A stretch of DNA of 60,386 bases, filler included, from Squatina squatina (taxonomy: Eukaryota): assembly GCA_031763465.1 (NCBI GenBank). It is 3 parts of 3 records of this genome, joined end to end, with 100 filler letters (N's around TTAATTAATTAA, not from the genome) between each part and the next. Parts side by side here need not be neighbours in the genome. Positions count along the whole stretch, not along the records: positions 25,254 to 43,447 come from JARFOE010000192.1; positions 43,548 to 60,386 come from JARFOE010000057.1; 1 more part is not named here. The stretch is one strand, 5' to 3'. The notes under the pieces are model-generated. The model ran no database searches. It was not told where the DNA came from and was given only the letters and a program-made list of their open reading frames with translations. Position 1 is the first letter of the stretch; each line of letters begins with the position of its first letter. A program made the translations under genes and the position numbers. Below are positions 40,262-52,639 of the stretch, piece after piece.

Positions 40262-43200
40262 CCCGTGCACCAAAGCGCAACACTGAAATTTCAAGTTGCC
40301 AATTTTTACTAATAGTGGAAATAAATGTCTTGTATTAGGTTTGGACATTGTGCTGAGTATTTATTTGTCATTGGTTACACTACAGCAGGAACCTTTGAAG
40401 AATTGACCATAAAAGTACAAGAAAAGATGATTTAGGCATTGTTACTTGGCAGATGTGATTTGCTCCTCAGATATAAAGTGTACATGTGGCAGTCCTTGAA
40501 AGGCACCAGTCTTCCTTGATGCATTGATGGTACCGCTGCTCAATCCTTGTCATTTTCACCCTCTTACTCTGTCATAGCTTTGCTATCCTGGTCATCAAAC
40601 TGCAGGTTGGGGCCTCTTCTCACAGCAAAGTCATGTCCTATGCAAGAGACAACAATTACTCTGAAAATATTTGCAGTGGGAGGTGCACTGTGNNNNNNNN
40701 NNNNNNNNNNNNNNNNNNNNNNNNNNNNNNNNNNNNNNNNNNNNNNNNNNNNNNNNNNNNNNNNNNNNNNNNNNNNNNNNNNNNNNNNNNNNCAGCAGCA
40801 GATGAACTGAGGTCGGGGGCAAAGACAGGCAATATTACGTCAGATCATCGATGGAATAATGTGTATCACCCATACCACAACACAAGTTTGACAATCTGCT
40901 TTTATTAACGTGATGCTATTGGTTTAATGATCAGAAAAAATAGAAAAATAGTCCACTTCATTAAAAGAAGTTCCACATGTAACAACTATTGCCTTTCGCT
41001 AAGCATCACACATGGAGCAAGCTCATTATCTTTCCTCCTCTAGCTAGACAGAGGCCCTATCGGAGCTAAAGTAGTTCATTTTAGAATAGTGCACATTCAA
41101 GATGCTGGAATGAATTGCATATAAGTCGAACCTTCCTATTTTGGAAAGACAACATATGACTGAAAATGATGTATTTCCTAACAGGAACACAGCAGTCCTT
41201 TGTGCACACTTTCAGTTTTGCATGATAAATCCATTTTGAAAATGAGTTCTTGCTGGGTTTGTAATGCCAAAATGCAGATTGCTGCTGACTGATGGAATTT
41301 CCATGATGTGCTATTTGCCACAAGTTGAAAGCTTTATATTTGATGAGCCAAATAACTCTGGCAATANNNNNNNNNNNNNNNNNNNNNNNNNNNNNNNNNN
41401 NNNNNNNNNNNNNNNNNNNNNNNNNNNNNNNNNNNNNNNNNNNNNNNNNNNNNNNNNNNNNNNNNNAGGAGTATAATGGTCGGCCAATCTGCTACCGTTT
41501 GTTTTGCAGCCCTGTAAATGTTGAATTCTATCCCCTCCCCCCAGGCTCAGGGGGAGACTTTCACAATGGGCGTTGAACAGGCGTGATATCACCGGTGTGG
41601 CCTCGGTGCCTGCCTAACGAGCCAGCAGTGGGTTGGCAGGTTCTTATGGCACCCAGAGGAACACGCCTGCTCCAGCTGACTCTGTAAACACCTTCAAAAA
41701 AAATTGAAAAATTACCTTTTAGGAGAGACCTCCAGGAACCCCTTGAAAAACCGCCGATTAGACATCTGGAAAAAGTGGGACTGGGATGTGCTGTGAATCG
41801 GCAACCATTTCTCTTTGACAGTTGCAATCGGGGTCCTACAACAAGCGTAGGACCGCGATTTGCAAATTTAAACAGTCTTCTGCCTGTTTGGGCGGGAGCC
41901 CGTTTAAAGGCCTGCCTGAAAGTTGAGTCAGGCAGGAAAGTGAGTGAACAAAGTCCTTACCAGATTTTCAACTATTTCTCAGATGGGAAGCGGGTAGCCA
42001 GCAGTTGAAAGGTTCTCATTTCTCTTACCGTTAGTCGTACCATCTGTCACTGATTAAGAGAGAAGCAGATCATCGGCAGGTCAAGTTAAATTGGAGAGTG
42101 CAGAATTTATTCTGAACACTTGTGTTCTAGTTACAGACTCAGGAGACTTACGTGCAAAGTTTGTCTTTGAATTTTTGGAAGGAGTGGCTCAGCGCTAGTT
42201 TGGATCTAATTTTGGAAAGACCAACATAGCTTCAGTTTTCAGGAGGCCTTCATAGCTTGAATTGGTGCCATTTATATTTTAGTGAATTTTCCATCCCAAA
42301 GACAGTGAGTAATCATTCGGTTTGTATACTGACTCATTTTCAATTGTAAGGATAGAAATAGGGGCAGTTTTGTCTGTAAAGTCTAAACTTCTACCTAATG
42401 GCTAGGTTAAGTGCTGGAGGCCTAACAATCCCCAACAGTGTGAAATATAGGTTTGATGCATGACTGGCAGAATTTTGTTTATTTAAAGCATAGCAAAAAT
42501 ATTTTCACCCCAGCTTCTAGATGGGTAAACTGTTGGGCCATCAAATACCCATTGGGTGTGAGCAGGAGAATGATGAGCATGTAATAACTTAGCTGTTAAC
42601 CTATACTGTTTCAAAAACTTTTCCCTCATAAGTGCTATTGTTTGTTCACAATTTAATGCTCTGTTAAACTAAGATTTTGTTCCTCAATTTACACCCATAA
42701 TTGTGTAATTTGATAGGGAAATTATGGCAGAGGCCACTGGAATCCATTCTGATTCTCTGTATGAGAATGTAGACTGCAATGCAGATATACCATATTCTGG
42801 TTGGCTCAACCCAGGAGAGTCTGTATAATAGCTGGAGCTGAAACTGTCCCAGAATTTAATACACAGCATGACATCACAGCATCATGGAGTGTGTTCAAAC
42901 TGCAGGGCTGGTAGACTTGTGGCAGTAAACAGGCTAAACATCTATGGTTGAGTGAAGCAGACTGTATTCACTGGGTGCTTTGGATCCCTCTGACACTCTG
43001 AGCTTTACATGCAGAACTGTTCACATGATGCAGCATACACTGACTACATCCCCATGCATGTGCAATAATGCTTCAATTTTCACACAAAAGCAGAGAATCG
43101 CTGTCTACATTTAGTGTAGCCAGGTCAATGCAAGCAAGGCAACATTACTTAAAGCAAAATTCATCTTGGCTGCTAGCACGGAGCAGGCAATAGCAAATCG

Positions 43201-43491
43201 GAAACCCATTTAGCACGTTCAATTTTATTTCTATTGGTTTGAAAATACTCAACTGGAGAAGGGCTTGTTGAAAAAGAATCTGGAATCAAAGATTGGCAGG
43301 TAAAACAGCAAATGGCCAATGGAAGGCCTTCAAAGAGTAGATAGTTTGAGTACATACTTGGTATTACCATGAAGGGGAAAGGAAGGACATCCAAAGCTAG
43401 AGCTCCCTGAATGACTAAGGATAATGGCCCTGAAATTGCAATCTCCCNNNNNNNNNNNNNNNNNNNNNNNNNNNNNNNNNNNNNNNNNNNN

Positions 43492-43503
43492 TTAATTAAT
43501 TAA
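43492..43503. other. Artificial scaffold linker TTAATTAATTAA
   Basis: Same 12-mer between two 44-N runs. Confidence 0.95.
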
Positions 43504-43624
43504 NNNNNNNNNNNNNNNNNNNNNNNNNNNNNNNNNNNNNNNNNNNNGGGTTAAGGTACTGGTTACAGTATCTGCGGTTGTCATATATTCAGTACATAAA
43601 ATACAACCAAGAGTGAGCTGCTAC

Positions 43625-43772
43625 CTGTGGAAAGCGAATCACAGCCATGGTCAAACAGCTCTCCAAGAGGACTGCTGCTATTGGTTCTTCTTGCCTGCTT
43701 CCCATCTATAGCGTCGAGTGTCTGGTAGATAAAAAGGCCCAGTGCACAGGCTAGGTATGCCCAGAGAGGTGC
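43625..43772 (-). CDS. CEPT1: Choline/ethanolamine phosphotransferase 1 exon (CDP-alcohol phosphotransferase motif)
   Basis: ctctgcag|148 nt|gtagc encoding [55 protein letters not shown] and NSSSP favour CEPT1 over CHPT1. Confidence 0.88.
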
Positions 43773-43974
43773 CTGCAGAGCACAGAGACCAGAGTGAGCC
43801 CAACATCAGCAGCAGGATCACACACTGGGAGCAGAGTGAAGGGATGGGGAAAGAGCATTACACAAAAAAACACAATGGCAGAACTTGACAGTCGCATCAG
43901 GTTAAGTTCAACTTTTCCTATATTGTAAACAATACACTAGATCAGAAGTAACAGCGTGCGGAGAAATGAATAAA

Positions 43975-44085
43975 GTTATTACAACAGTGACTGCACTTCA
44001 AGAGAACTTCATTGGCTGTAATGCTATTTGGGATGTCCTGAGGTTCTTCAAGGCACTATAGAAATGCAGATCTTTCTTTTCTTAA
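43975..44085 (+). mobile_element. Deu-domain SINE 3' end
   Basis: acaacagtgactgcacttcaa...attggctgtaa...tatagaaatgcaga. Confidence 0.7.
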
Positions 44086-44575
44086 GTGCCTCCACTGAAC
44101 ACTGTACTTAGACTCGGGTNNNNNNNNNNCTGGAATAACAGGAGAATGGAGGAATATTGGTACAGAAAGATGGCTGCCTCTCTCCCTCCCTACCCCAGCT
44201 GTATACATGGCACTATTGAAATCTGAAGCTCACTGTGGGGAGGACTCAGTCACAGAGCAGAGTCCTAATAGAATGCTCCACAAGATGTGTGCGCTCAAGA
44301 GAGTTTGGAAATTAAACTGGTGGAGGGGGGAGACAATGATATAGCCTGACTTCGGTTATCAAGACAATGGGGCCAACAAGAGGAGCCCGATACAAACCCT
44401 GGGCAGGAGAGGATTCACAATGGGATATAAGCACCATGTAGAGGGAACAAGTTAATGATACAAGGCTTCGACCAANNNNNNNNNNNNNNNNNNNNNNNNN
44501 NNNNNNNNNNNNNNNNNNNNNNNNNNNNNNNNNNNNNNNNNNNNNNNNNNNNNNNNNNNNNNNNNNNNNNNNNNN

Positions 44576-44730
44576 ATCCCTGCGACACTTAGTACATTCC
44601 CCAGCACCGATCCCTGGGACACTCATTACATCTCCCAGCACCGATCCCTGGGACACTCATTACATCTCCCAGCACTGAACTCCGGGACACTCCACTCACT
44701 GCATCTCCCAGCACCGATCCCCAGGACACC
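44576..44730 (+). repeat. 34-bp minisatellite (~4 copies)
   Basis: Unit ccctgggacactcattacatctcccagcaccgat. Confidence 0.85.
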
Positions 44731-45009
44731 ACCAGCACTGACGCTGACCGCAATCAGTATCAGCCATCAGTCAATTGTAATACTATGTCTCTGAAATTGA
44801 AGTTTGTGCTTCCCTGTGTCCTCGCCAATATTGATCCCTCAATCAACCTCAGCAAAAACCTCAACCTGAAAGGAAAGCGGGTTTACAGCTTTTGGGGGAA
44901 TGCATTTTTTATCATTCGAGCACTCATCATGTTGGTAATGAGAAAACACTGTGCTCCTCTAACCCTAACCACTGACCCCTGAACTGCTTCCTGTTAACTG
45001 TCTCCGCAG

Positions 45010-45093
45010 AACTGCACTTCTAAATTAGAGGAATTTTTCAATTCGAAGCTGTACATGATTGGAGTGGTGGGAATCGGGATTGCGGGAGTGATG
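45010..45093 (+). CDS. TSPAN2: Tetraspanin exon (end of large extracellular loop plus TM4), TSPAN2-like (CD9/CD81/TSPAN2 group)
   Basis: tctccgcag|84 nt|gtaagg encoding NCTSKLEEFFNSKLYMIGVVGIGIAGVM (human TSPAN2 NCIDEIETIISVKLQLIGIVGIGIAGLT). TSPAN2 neighbours NGF in mammals. Confidence 0.72.
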
Positions 45094-45452
45094 GTAAGGA
45101 ATGCTATCCTGACCACCACTCGTGGTACGGAGAACAGCTCTGATTCTATCGTCTTCAAGGCCTGTAGTACCCGATGGTTTCTGGTACAGGACGCACAACC
45201 CACTGGTGGTGACTTCAGATCAAAGTGGCAAATAACTTTCAGCTCTTCAGGCCGGAACCAGCATTTGAAAACTGATTAAATCTGAACCGGTTTATTTTGT
45301 GAATGGAGGGAGTCTGCTCACTCTCCCCAGTCCATCCAACGTGACTCCCACCNNNNNNNNNNNNNNNNNNNNNNNNNNNNNNNNNNNNNNNNNNNNNNNN
45401 NNNNNNNNNNNNNNNNNNNNNNNNNNNNNNNNNNNNNNNNNNNNNNNNNNNN

Positions 45453-46364
45453 CTGCCCTTGCTGCTGCCCATTGCCCACTTGTTGCTGCTGCTCGGCCAG
45501 CTCGGTGATGAGAGTCACAAAATAAGGGATAACAGAAATCACATCGATCACATTCAGTATGTTCCTGAAGAAGTCGGACTTGCTGGGGCAAGATGCAGAC
45601 CTGACCAGCAGCTCGAAGGAAAACCAAAGCATGCACATGGTCTCGATGAGAAAGAAAGGGTCGGTGAAGGCGCTGGGACTGGGGCCAGTGCTTTGGCTGG
45701 AGTTGGTCGAGCTTCTGGGGGCGCCCAGGTCAGAATCTTCCCTGAACTCAGGCAGGGTCTCCAGGCAGAAGATGATAATAGAGATGATGATGACAAAGAC
45801 GGAGACCAAAGCCACCCCCCGGGCTGCCCCCGAACTCTCGGGATACTCGAGCAGCAGCCACAGTTGCATGGACATCTCCTGCATGGGGAGCTGTACCTCC
45901 AGCTCCTTGATGAACCCCTCCTCTTCCCTGAACTGCTCCATGGCATCAGAACCCAGCTGGTAGAATGTGATTTCATCCGCAAAGACATCCAGGGGCACAT
46001 TGGCGGGTCTTCGAACCTTGCCCCCAGACTGGTAATAATACAGAATCCCATCGAAACTGGGCCGGTTCCTGTCAAAGAAATATTGGTTGGTGAGGGGGTC
46101 AAAGTAGGGCAGGCGACGTAGGGGGTCTCCCAGCAGGGTGTCCGGGAACTGGGCCAGGGTCTTCAGCTGGGTCTCGAACCTCATGCCGGCTACGTTGATG
46201 ATAACTCTCTGACTGCCCTCCTGCTCCAACAGCTGCTCCATCTCCTGCTGGTGCTCACAGACCAGCTGGCTCAGCAAGCTGTTGGGGAGGCTGTCACAGT
46301 CCAGCAGCTTTCTCCATGTGGACAGCAGGCTCGAACAGCTGGCACGGGGCTTCGACCAGTTCTC
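45453..46364 (-). CDS. KCNA10: Kv1.8/KCNA10-like Shaker channel, partial (N-terminus, T1, S1-S3), cut by gaps at both ends
   Basis: Open for 304 codons. KCNA10-type motifs: [44 protein letters not shown] and YFVTLITEL. Confidence 0.8.
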
Positions 46365-46970
46365 NNNNNNNNNNNNNNNNNNNNNNNNNNNNNNNNNNNN
46401 NNNNNNNNNNNNNNNNNNNNNNNNNNNNNNNNNNNNNNNNNNNNNNNNNNNNNNNNNNNNNNNNGTTATAGAACAAAAGGCTTTCTAAGATAAATAGATA
46501 ACCAGCAGAATACTGAACAAGGAAATTAATGATAGGACAACATGAACCAGCAATGATTAATGTATAACTTTAGTGACAGATTGTAATAAACAGAGCCAAA
46601 GAGATCAATTATCTGTGGTATAGACAGGATGTTTCAATAAATAAGCTAAATTGAGCTATTCCTGTGGAGGACTCCATGGCTTCTCTCTAACTCCAGCTAC
46701 ACATGTCCTTGTCAGATACAGGGACAAAACTCTCCTAACTAATTTGCTTTACTCTAAAGTTGGCACCACCTTATACAAGTGATTAAGTGCAGCAGTGAGA
46801 TGTGATCGGAATGTGTAGGGATGGTTGAATAGGACACAGTTACTGTGTGAATGTTTTACGCTCTGATACAGACACTAAAAGCTACACAGACACTGAGCAG
46901 ACCATAAACAAGAGAGCAGTGAGAAAACCCGAGCTGTGCCCCTGGTGTGGGACCTGTGGCCATGATACAC

Positions 46971-47305
46971 TCACACATCACTCCGCAACTTGGTGATGTT
47001 CACATAGTTGGGGTTTGATAAAGTGCAATTGTCAGTGTGAAGATTGTGATCGGGGGGGTCCCGAGCATTGCCCACCCGCTCCTGGGCCTCCGTGTACTCC
47101 GACTTGCAGATGCTGGAAGTGCTGTTGCTCTTCTTCAGATCAGCGGTGGATGGGATGGTCGGGCAGCTCCTCACATGCAGGTATTGGGCCTGTTCCTCGT
47201 TCTCCGTCTCCCGGTGGTAGAAATAGTTAAAGTTGGAGACTATGACGGGCACAGGGAGTGCGATGGTCAGCACCCCCGCGATGGCACACAGAGTCCCCAC
47301 CATCT
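46971..47305 (-). CDS. KCNA2: Kv1.2/KCNA2-like channel, S6 and C-terminus (partial)
   Basis: [43 protein letters not shown]...[19 protein letters not shown]; aligns to the KCNA2 tail [23 protein letters not shown]...NYVNITKMLTDV. Confidence 0.8.
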
Positions 47306-47405
47306 NNNNNNNNNNNNNNNNNNNNNNNNNNNNNNNNNNNNNNNNNNNNNNNNNNNNNNNNNNNNNNNNNNNNNNNNNNNNNNNNNNNNNNNNNNNNNNN
47401 NNNNN

Positions 47406-47662
47406 TGTCCTGGATGGTGTCGAGCTTCTTGAGTGTTGTTGCAGCTGCACTCATCCAGGCAAGTGGAGAGTATTCCATCACAGTCCTGACTTGTGCCTTG
47501 TAGATGGTGGAAAGGGACTCAGGACGTGAGTCACTCGCCACAGAATACCCAGCCTCTGACCTGCTCTTGTGGCCATAGTATTTATGTTGCTGGTCCAGTT
47601 AAGTTTCCGGTCAATGGTGACCCCCAGGACGTTGATGATGGGGGATTTGGCAACGGTAATGC
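47406..47662 (-). mobile_element. LINE RT fragment
   Basis: LSTIYKAQVRTVMEYSPLAWMSAAATTLKKLDTIQD. Confidence 0.85.
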
Positions 47663-48517
47663 CTCTCTTTCAGAGAGCCAGAACAGGCACAATAGGCCCG
47701 ATGTCCTCCTTCTGCGCTAAGTCAGTTCCCATAAATATTTGGATTGAATGCTTACTGTCACTAACCCTAACAAAATATAACATAGTGACCCTCAGGGCAA
47801 TTCCAACCACATGGATGGGATATGGATTTATTTACAATGAACCCAATTTAAACTGACCAGCAGGGAAAAATACATCTGTAGAATTTAAAAACATAAAGAC
47901 CTTCTTATGATTATGAAATATGATGAATCACCCCATTTGGTATAATGGCCAAACTAAAAGTAATTATCTCCAGAAACATGTGGAGGCCAGAGAAGGCAGC
48001 AAGGGAGGAGGAGGGGGAGGGAGGGGGTGCGCGCTGATGCCAGTGGCTTTCATGGTAATTATATATATTTTTAAAATGATATAACCATTCTGTCCAACCC
48101 CATTGGTTGAGCCTTTGTCCCTCAAAACTGATGGACGGAGTGCTGAACCAATCACATAGTTGGTTAAGAACCTGGTCCATCATATTTGAGGGACATTGGA
48201 AACTTTACTTCATAAATCAGATTGTCAGGATGGATGATATCTGACTTTTTAAAATTGGGCTCCAATTTAAGAAAAAAGAACTGCGGACTGAAATTATCTA
48301 ACATTTTGTGAAGTCCTTGGATTTAAAAGTCTAACCAATCCTGGAAAGTTAGTGATTAACCTCGCCTATATCCTAATTGTGAAGTCTACTCAAGCTTAAT
48401 CAGCAAATGAATGCAAGAGATTCCAGTAATAACTGTGGCTGCAATAAAACAAAAGTGGATCACACACCTGGATTGGAATCTGGTTGGATTGCACAAGGGG
48501 GATGGAAGGGAAGGAGA

Positions 48518-48862
48518 GAAGAGGAAGAAGATGAGGAGTCCCAGCTCCCTCATGCTAGCCTTCAGTGTCTGTCCAAGGATCTGCAGCCCTTTGGAGTGTC
48601 TGGAGAGCTTGAAGATCCTGAAGACCCTGACCAGCCGGATGACCCGCAGGATGGCCAAAGACATGGCCTGCTGCCCTTGCTGCTGCCCATTGCCCACTTG
48701 TTGCTGCTGCTCGGCCAGCTCGGTGCCCAGGGTGATGAAGTAGGGGGTAATGGCCACGATATCAATGATGTTCATGATGTTTTTGAAGAAGCCAGGTTTG
48801 CTGGGGCAGGAGAAAAATCTCACCAACAGCTCGAAAGAGAACCAGACAATGCACAGTGTCTC
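48518..48862 (-). pseudogene. Isolated Kv1 (KCNA2/KCNA3-like) S2-S5 fragment embedded in non-coding DNA; pseudogene fragment or assembly chimera
   Basis: [34 protein letters not shown]...[49 protein letters not shown]. Homology stops abruptly at both ends with no gap and no credible splice sites. Confidence 0.6.
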
Positions 48863-49483
48863 AGAGTTGCTGTATCTATTCCAGTTCAGTCTTTGGTTTT
48901 AATAAGCTCACTGCCACTGCATTAAATTTTAATAAAGAACCGTTGGTAGTACTAGATTGGTGAAGGGAAGGCTTGTAACACTAATGAAGCTGTTGTGTGA
49001 CTTTACTGGTGTCTACAAACATCATGGGAGAACACTGTTTGTAGAGTTAAGGAAGCAAGTAGTAGCATGGTAACAGTAAGTGCCATAAATTGTCCATAAT
49101 AGTGATTTAACTGGAAATACTGCATTATCATCTGTAGCCTAAACTGAATAATAGCCTGGAACAGTTAACAGGAACAGAAAGAGTTGAAAGAACAATTATT
49201 GTACCATGCAGGAACTTACTCCAGCCGAGTGGCTCCTAAACACCGTCAAAAGCCTCTTACCAGAAAATACAAGTAACAAAGCTACAAGACTTAGTTTGAC
49301 TGCAAGCATTTAAAATGTGCTTGTAAAATGTTCAGAACTTTTCCTTGGGGGTAATTTTAACTTTTAGCAGTGGTATAAAATGGCTGATTCCAGACTGGCC
49401 ATCCATTATACATAATATAAAGAATGGAATCTCATTTTCCTTTTTTATAGTCTTTTCTGCCTGCACTCTCACCTTTAAAGTCT

Positions 49484-50153
49484 ATGGCCAAGAGTTTCTG
49501 CTTTGAGCAATCCAAGCACAAATTGTGCTTAAAGTTGTGTTCGTTTGAAGAATTTCTTTTTTGCTTTAAGTTGCATATTGCCAGACATAATCTTCCATGA
49601 ACCAGCGCAAACTGGCAGTGTTTTGGAGCATAATTTTTAAAAATTTATATTTTTGCATTAAAAATATTCTTTGTATTTAAGAGTGGTAACCTGCTGCACT
49701 TTATTATAATCACAAAAAATAAGAATTTTTAATCAGTGTCAATTCCACCACCTGAATGACCCAATTTTAATAACTGAAAATGACTAAAATACTGTACAGA
49801 ACCATTTACTAGTTACTTTGGTGTGAAGTAGTCAACTTCTTAGTAAATTTAAAAAAAAAATTAAAAGCTTTCAAATAGTGTCCTTGCGTCTTTTTTTTAA
49901 AAAAGCTTCATTTTAAGGGCCTCCTCAAAGGCCCACAAACCAGCGCAATGAGCGGGAACTCACCATGATGATGAATTCAATCTGGGGGTGTGGCCAGTTT
50001 TGTGGGTGGGGCCAGCTTCTAGCGTGATGTTTTTTTTAAACTAGTGCAAATGATCGCAGAAACATGATTTTCACTGCATGTAATTTGCGCTTGAAATCCC
50101 TCGACCTTTTGCGTTGGTTTGGCCGATTTTCGGGCGAATTGGAAACCTCTATC
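49484..50153. mobile_element. Probable non-autonomous DNA element with GC-rich ends and AT-rich core
   Basis: ggccaagagtttc ... ggaaacctctatc imperfect TIRs; gcgcaaa/tttgcgc motifs at both ends. Confidence 0.4.
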
Positions 50154-51329
50154 AAAAGCTCTCTATTCTCCCACTCTAAGAATGTTGCTATTTAGGGAAC
50201 ACTTTTCAAACTTTTTTTTCCCCAAATGTACTATTTCACTTTTTTTGAATTGCAATACAGCTGAGGCACACCTGCAGACAGTGGGGGAAACTCTAATGCA
50301 TTTGTCATAAAGCCATATCTCACCCAAAAGTGCTTGAACCTCCCAATCGAGATAATGCAGACAAATGTTTAATTTTCCTCTATTCTCTCCCCTTAAAACA
50401 TACAAGCACAATATGTGCATGTTAAACAATAGGGGTATGTTGTTGTATTTTTGTGACTCTTTTAATTGTCATGCAGATGGAGACTGTTCACTTAGTCCCT
50501 TGTTCACTAAAGAATATTAATGATTTCAGTACAATTATTTTCATATACAGTAAAATTGAAAATAAAAGCTGAGCAATGTGTTTCGCTGCATGTTCTGCTT
50601 CAATTGCAGAATGTGCAATTGAGAAATGTTCTCTTAATCACTAACTTCTCTAAACTGCATTTCCACTACAGATTCAGAATGTTGCAAGTCTTTACACACG
50701 TCTCCATCCAGTCTGACCTCATTACCTCTCCCACCATTGAAAGATCGCTTCTGTCACCTCAACTTCAATTGCCATCTATTCCATCAGTATGGGTGCCCTT
50801 GAAACTCTCCCACACTGATCCTCAGGAACCCACCACAATCAGCCCCAGAACCATCAACACCAGGCACACCAGCACGACCAACATCACCAACCAACACCNN
50901 NNNNNNNNNNNNNNNNNNNNNNNNNNNNNNNNNNNNNNNNNNNNNNNNNNNNNNNNNNNNNNNNNNNNNNNNNNNNNNNNNNNNNNNNNNNNNNNNNNTT
51001 TGCTTGCATCGTGACGTTCAGAAATGTGCAAGTCCTATTGAATTGTGGCCCAATAGTTTCAGACTAATTTATTAGACTTTAGATGTTCAGGAATGTTACA
51101 GTAGAAGACCTTTAAAAAGTAGTGAAAGTGTCATTAAACTATTGCTGCAAGTAGGACAAAAAAAAACTAAATAATTGACAAAAACTTGTCCTGGACTCAA
51201 TGCATCTGTTAATGAGCAGAAAATTTGTTTTTTGAAGCCCCATAAACATAATTCAAAACACTGTCGTGTGGTTACCAACAAGCAATGAGAAGAGTTAGAA
51301 GACGATACCCTGGTCTGGTAACTGTATAA

Positions 51330-52517
51330 GTTAGAACAGCGAATGACAGGAGGAGGTTTTGGAACTTGAGCAGCAGCTGGTGTCACTGCAGTGCAACCAT
51401 GAGGCTGAAAGCTACAATAATAGCATGTTTCAGGAGGTTGTTCCCCCTGCAGTGTAAGAGTGTACAGGCAGAGAGGGAATGGGTGAACATCAAACAGACA
51501 AGGAGGACCAGGCAGATAGTGCAGGAGTCCCCAGAGTGCATCTCGCTCTCCAACCAGTATTCAGTACTGGTGAAGGTGATGGTTCCTCTGGGGAGTGCAG
51601 CCAGAGCCAANNNNNNNNNNNNNNNNNNNNNNNNNNNNNNNNNNNNNNNNNNNNNNNNNNNNNNNNNNNNNNNNNNNNNNNNNNNNNNNNNNNNNNNNNN
51701 NNNNNNNNNNNNNNNNNNNNNNNNNNNNNNNNNNNNNNNNNNNNNNNNNNNNNNNNNNNNNNNNNNNNNNNNNNNNNNNNNNNNNNNNNNNNNNNNNNNN
51801 NNNNNNNNNNNNNNNNNNNNNNNNNNNNNNNNNNNNNNNNNNNNNNNNNNNNNNNNNNNNNNNNNNNNNNNNNNNNNNNNNNNNNNNNNNNNNNNAGCAA
51901 TTAGGTTTTTAAATAAGTTATTCTTCCAACTAGGCTGAAATCACTTCAAAATAGTAGAAAAAGTGATGAGGTCCTGCAAGCAGATTTTAGAGAGCTAGGA
52001 AAGAGATTTAAAAAGAAGGACCTCAAAGGTAGTAATCTCAGGATTACTCCCAGTGCCATGTGCGAGTGAGTACAGAAATAGGAGGATAGATCAGATGAAC
52101 GCGTGGCTGGAGAGATGGAGCAGGGCTTTAGATTTGAAGCATTGGAACCATTTCTGGGACCTGTACAAACCGGATGGGTTACACCTCAGCAGGACTGGGA
52201 TCAATATCCTCACAGGGGTTTTTGCTAGTACTGTTGGGAAGGGTTTAATCTAACTTGGCAGGGGGATGGGGACCTGAGGAGATTTGGAAGGGGGAAGAAA
52301 CAAAAGCCACCAGCAAATACAGAAAAATATCAAAAAGCCAAAATTAAAGGCATTTTATCTGAATGCACGCAGCATTCGCAACAAGGCAAATGAATTGACG
52401 GCACAAGTAGAAGTAAATGGGTCTGATCTAATTGCCATTACGGAAATGTGGCTGCAGCGTGACCAGGGCTGGGAATTGAATATTCAACAATTAGGAAGGA
52501 CAGGCAAAAAGGAAAAG
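51330..52517 (+). mobile_element. CR1 LINE 5' part: degenerate ORF1 (SGNH-esterase-like) and start of ORF2 endonuclease
   Basis: ISLSNQYSVL; NAWLERW...DLYKPDGLHLSRTG; FYLNARSIRNKANEL...DLIAITEMWL. Confidence 0.85.
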
Positions 52518-52639
52518 NNNNNNNNNNNNNNNNNNNNNNNNNNNNNNNNNNNNNNNNNNNNNNNNNNNNNNNNNNNNNNNNNNNNNNNNNNNNNNNNNNN
52601 NNNNNNNNNNNNNNNNNAGCTAAAAAAATGAATGCACAT

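Noticed and set aside
44576-44730. Tandem non-canonical REST/RE1 half-sites (CAGCACC-N8-GGACA) near a Kv1 gene
   Set aside because: Both half-sites mismatch the consensus, and the contig is a tetraspanin intron separated from Kv1 by a gap.
45291-45296. AATAAA (minus strand) as the polyA signal of the KCNA10-like gene
   Set aside because: The contig belongs to the tetraspanin locus, and the channel's 3' half is missing across the gap.
45453-48862. One spliced or scrambled Kv1 gene built from the three fragments
   Set aside because: Two fragments overlap in S2-S3 with different sequences, so at least two paralogues are present; the order is non-collinear and there are no splice sites.
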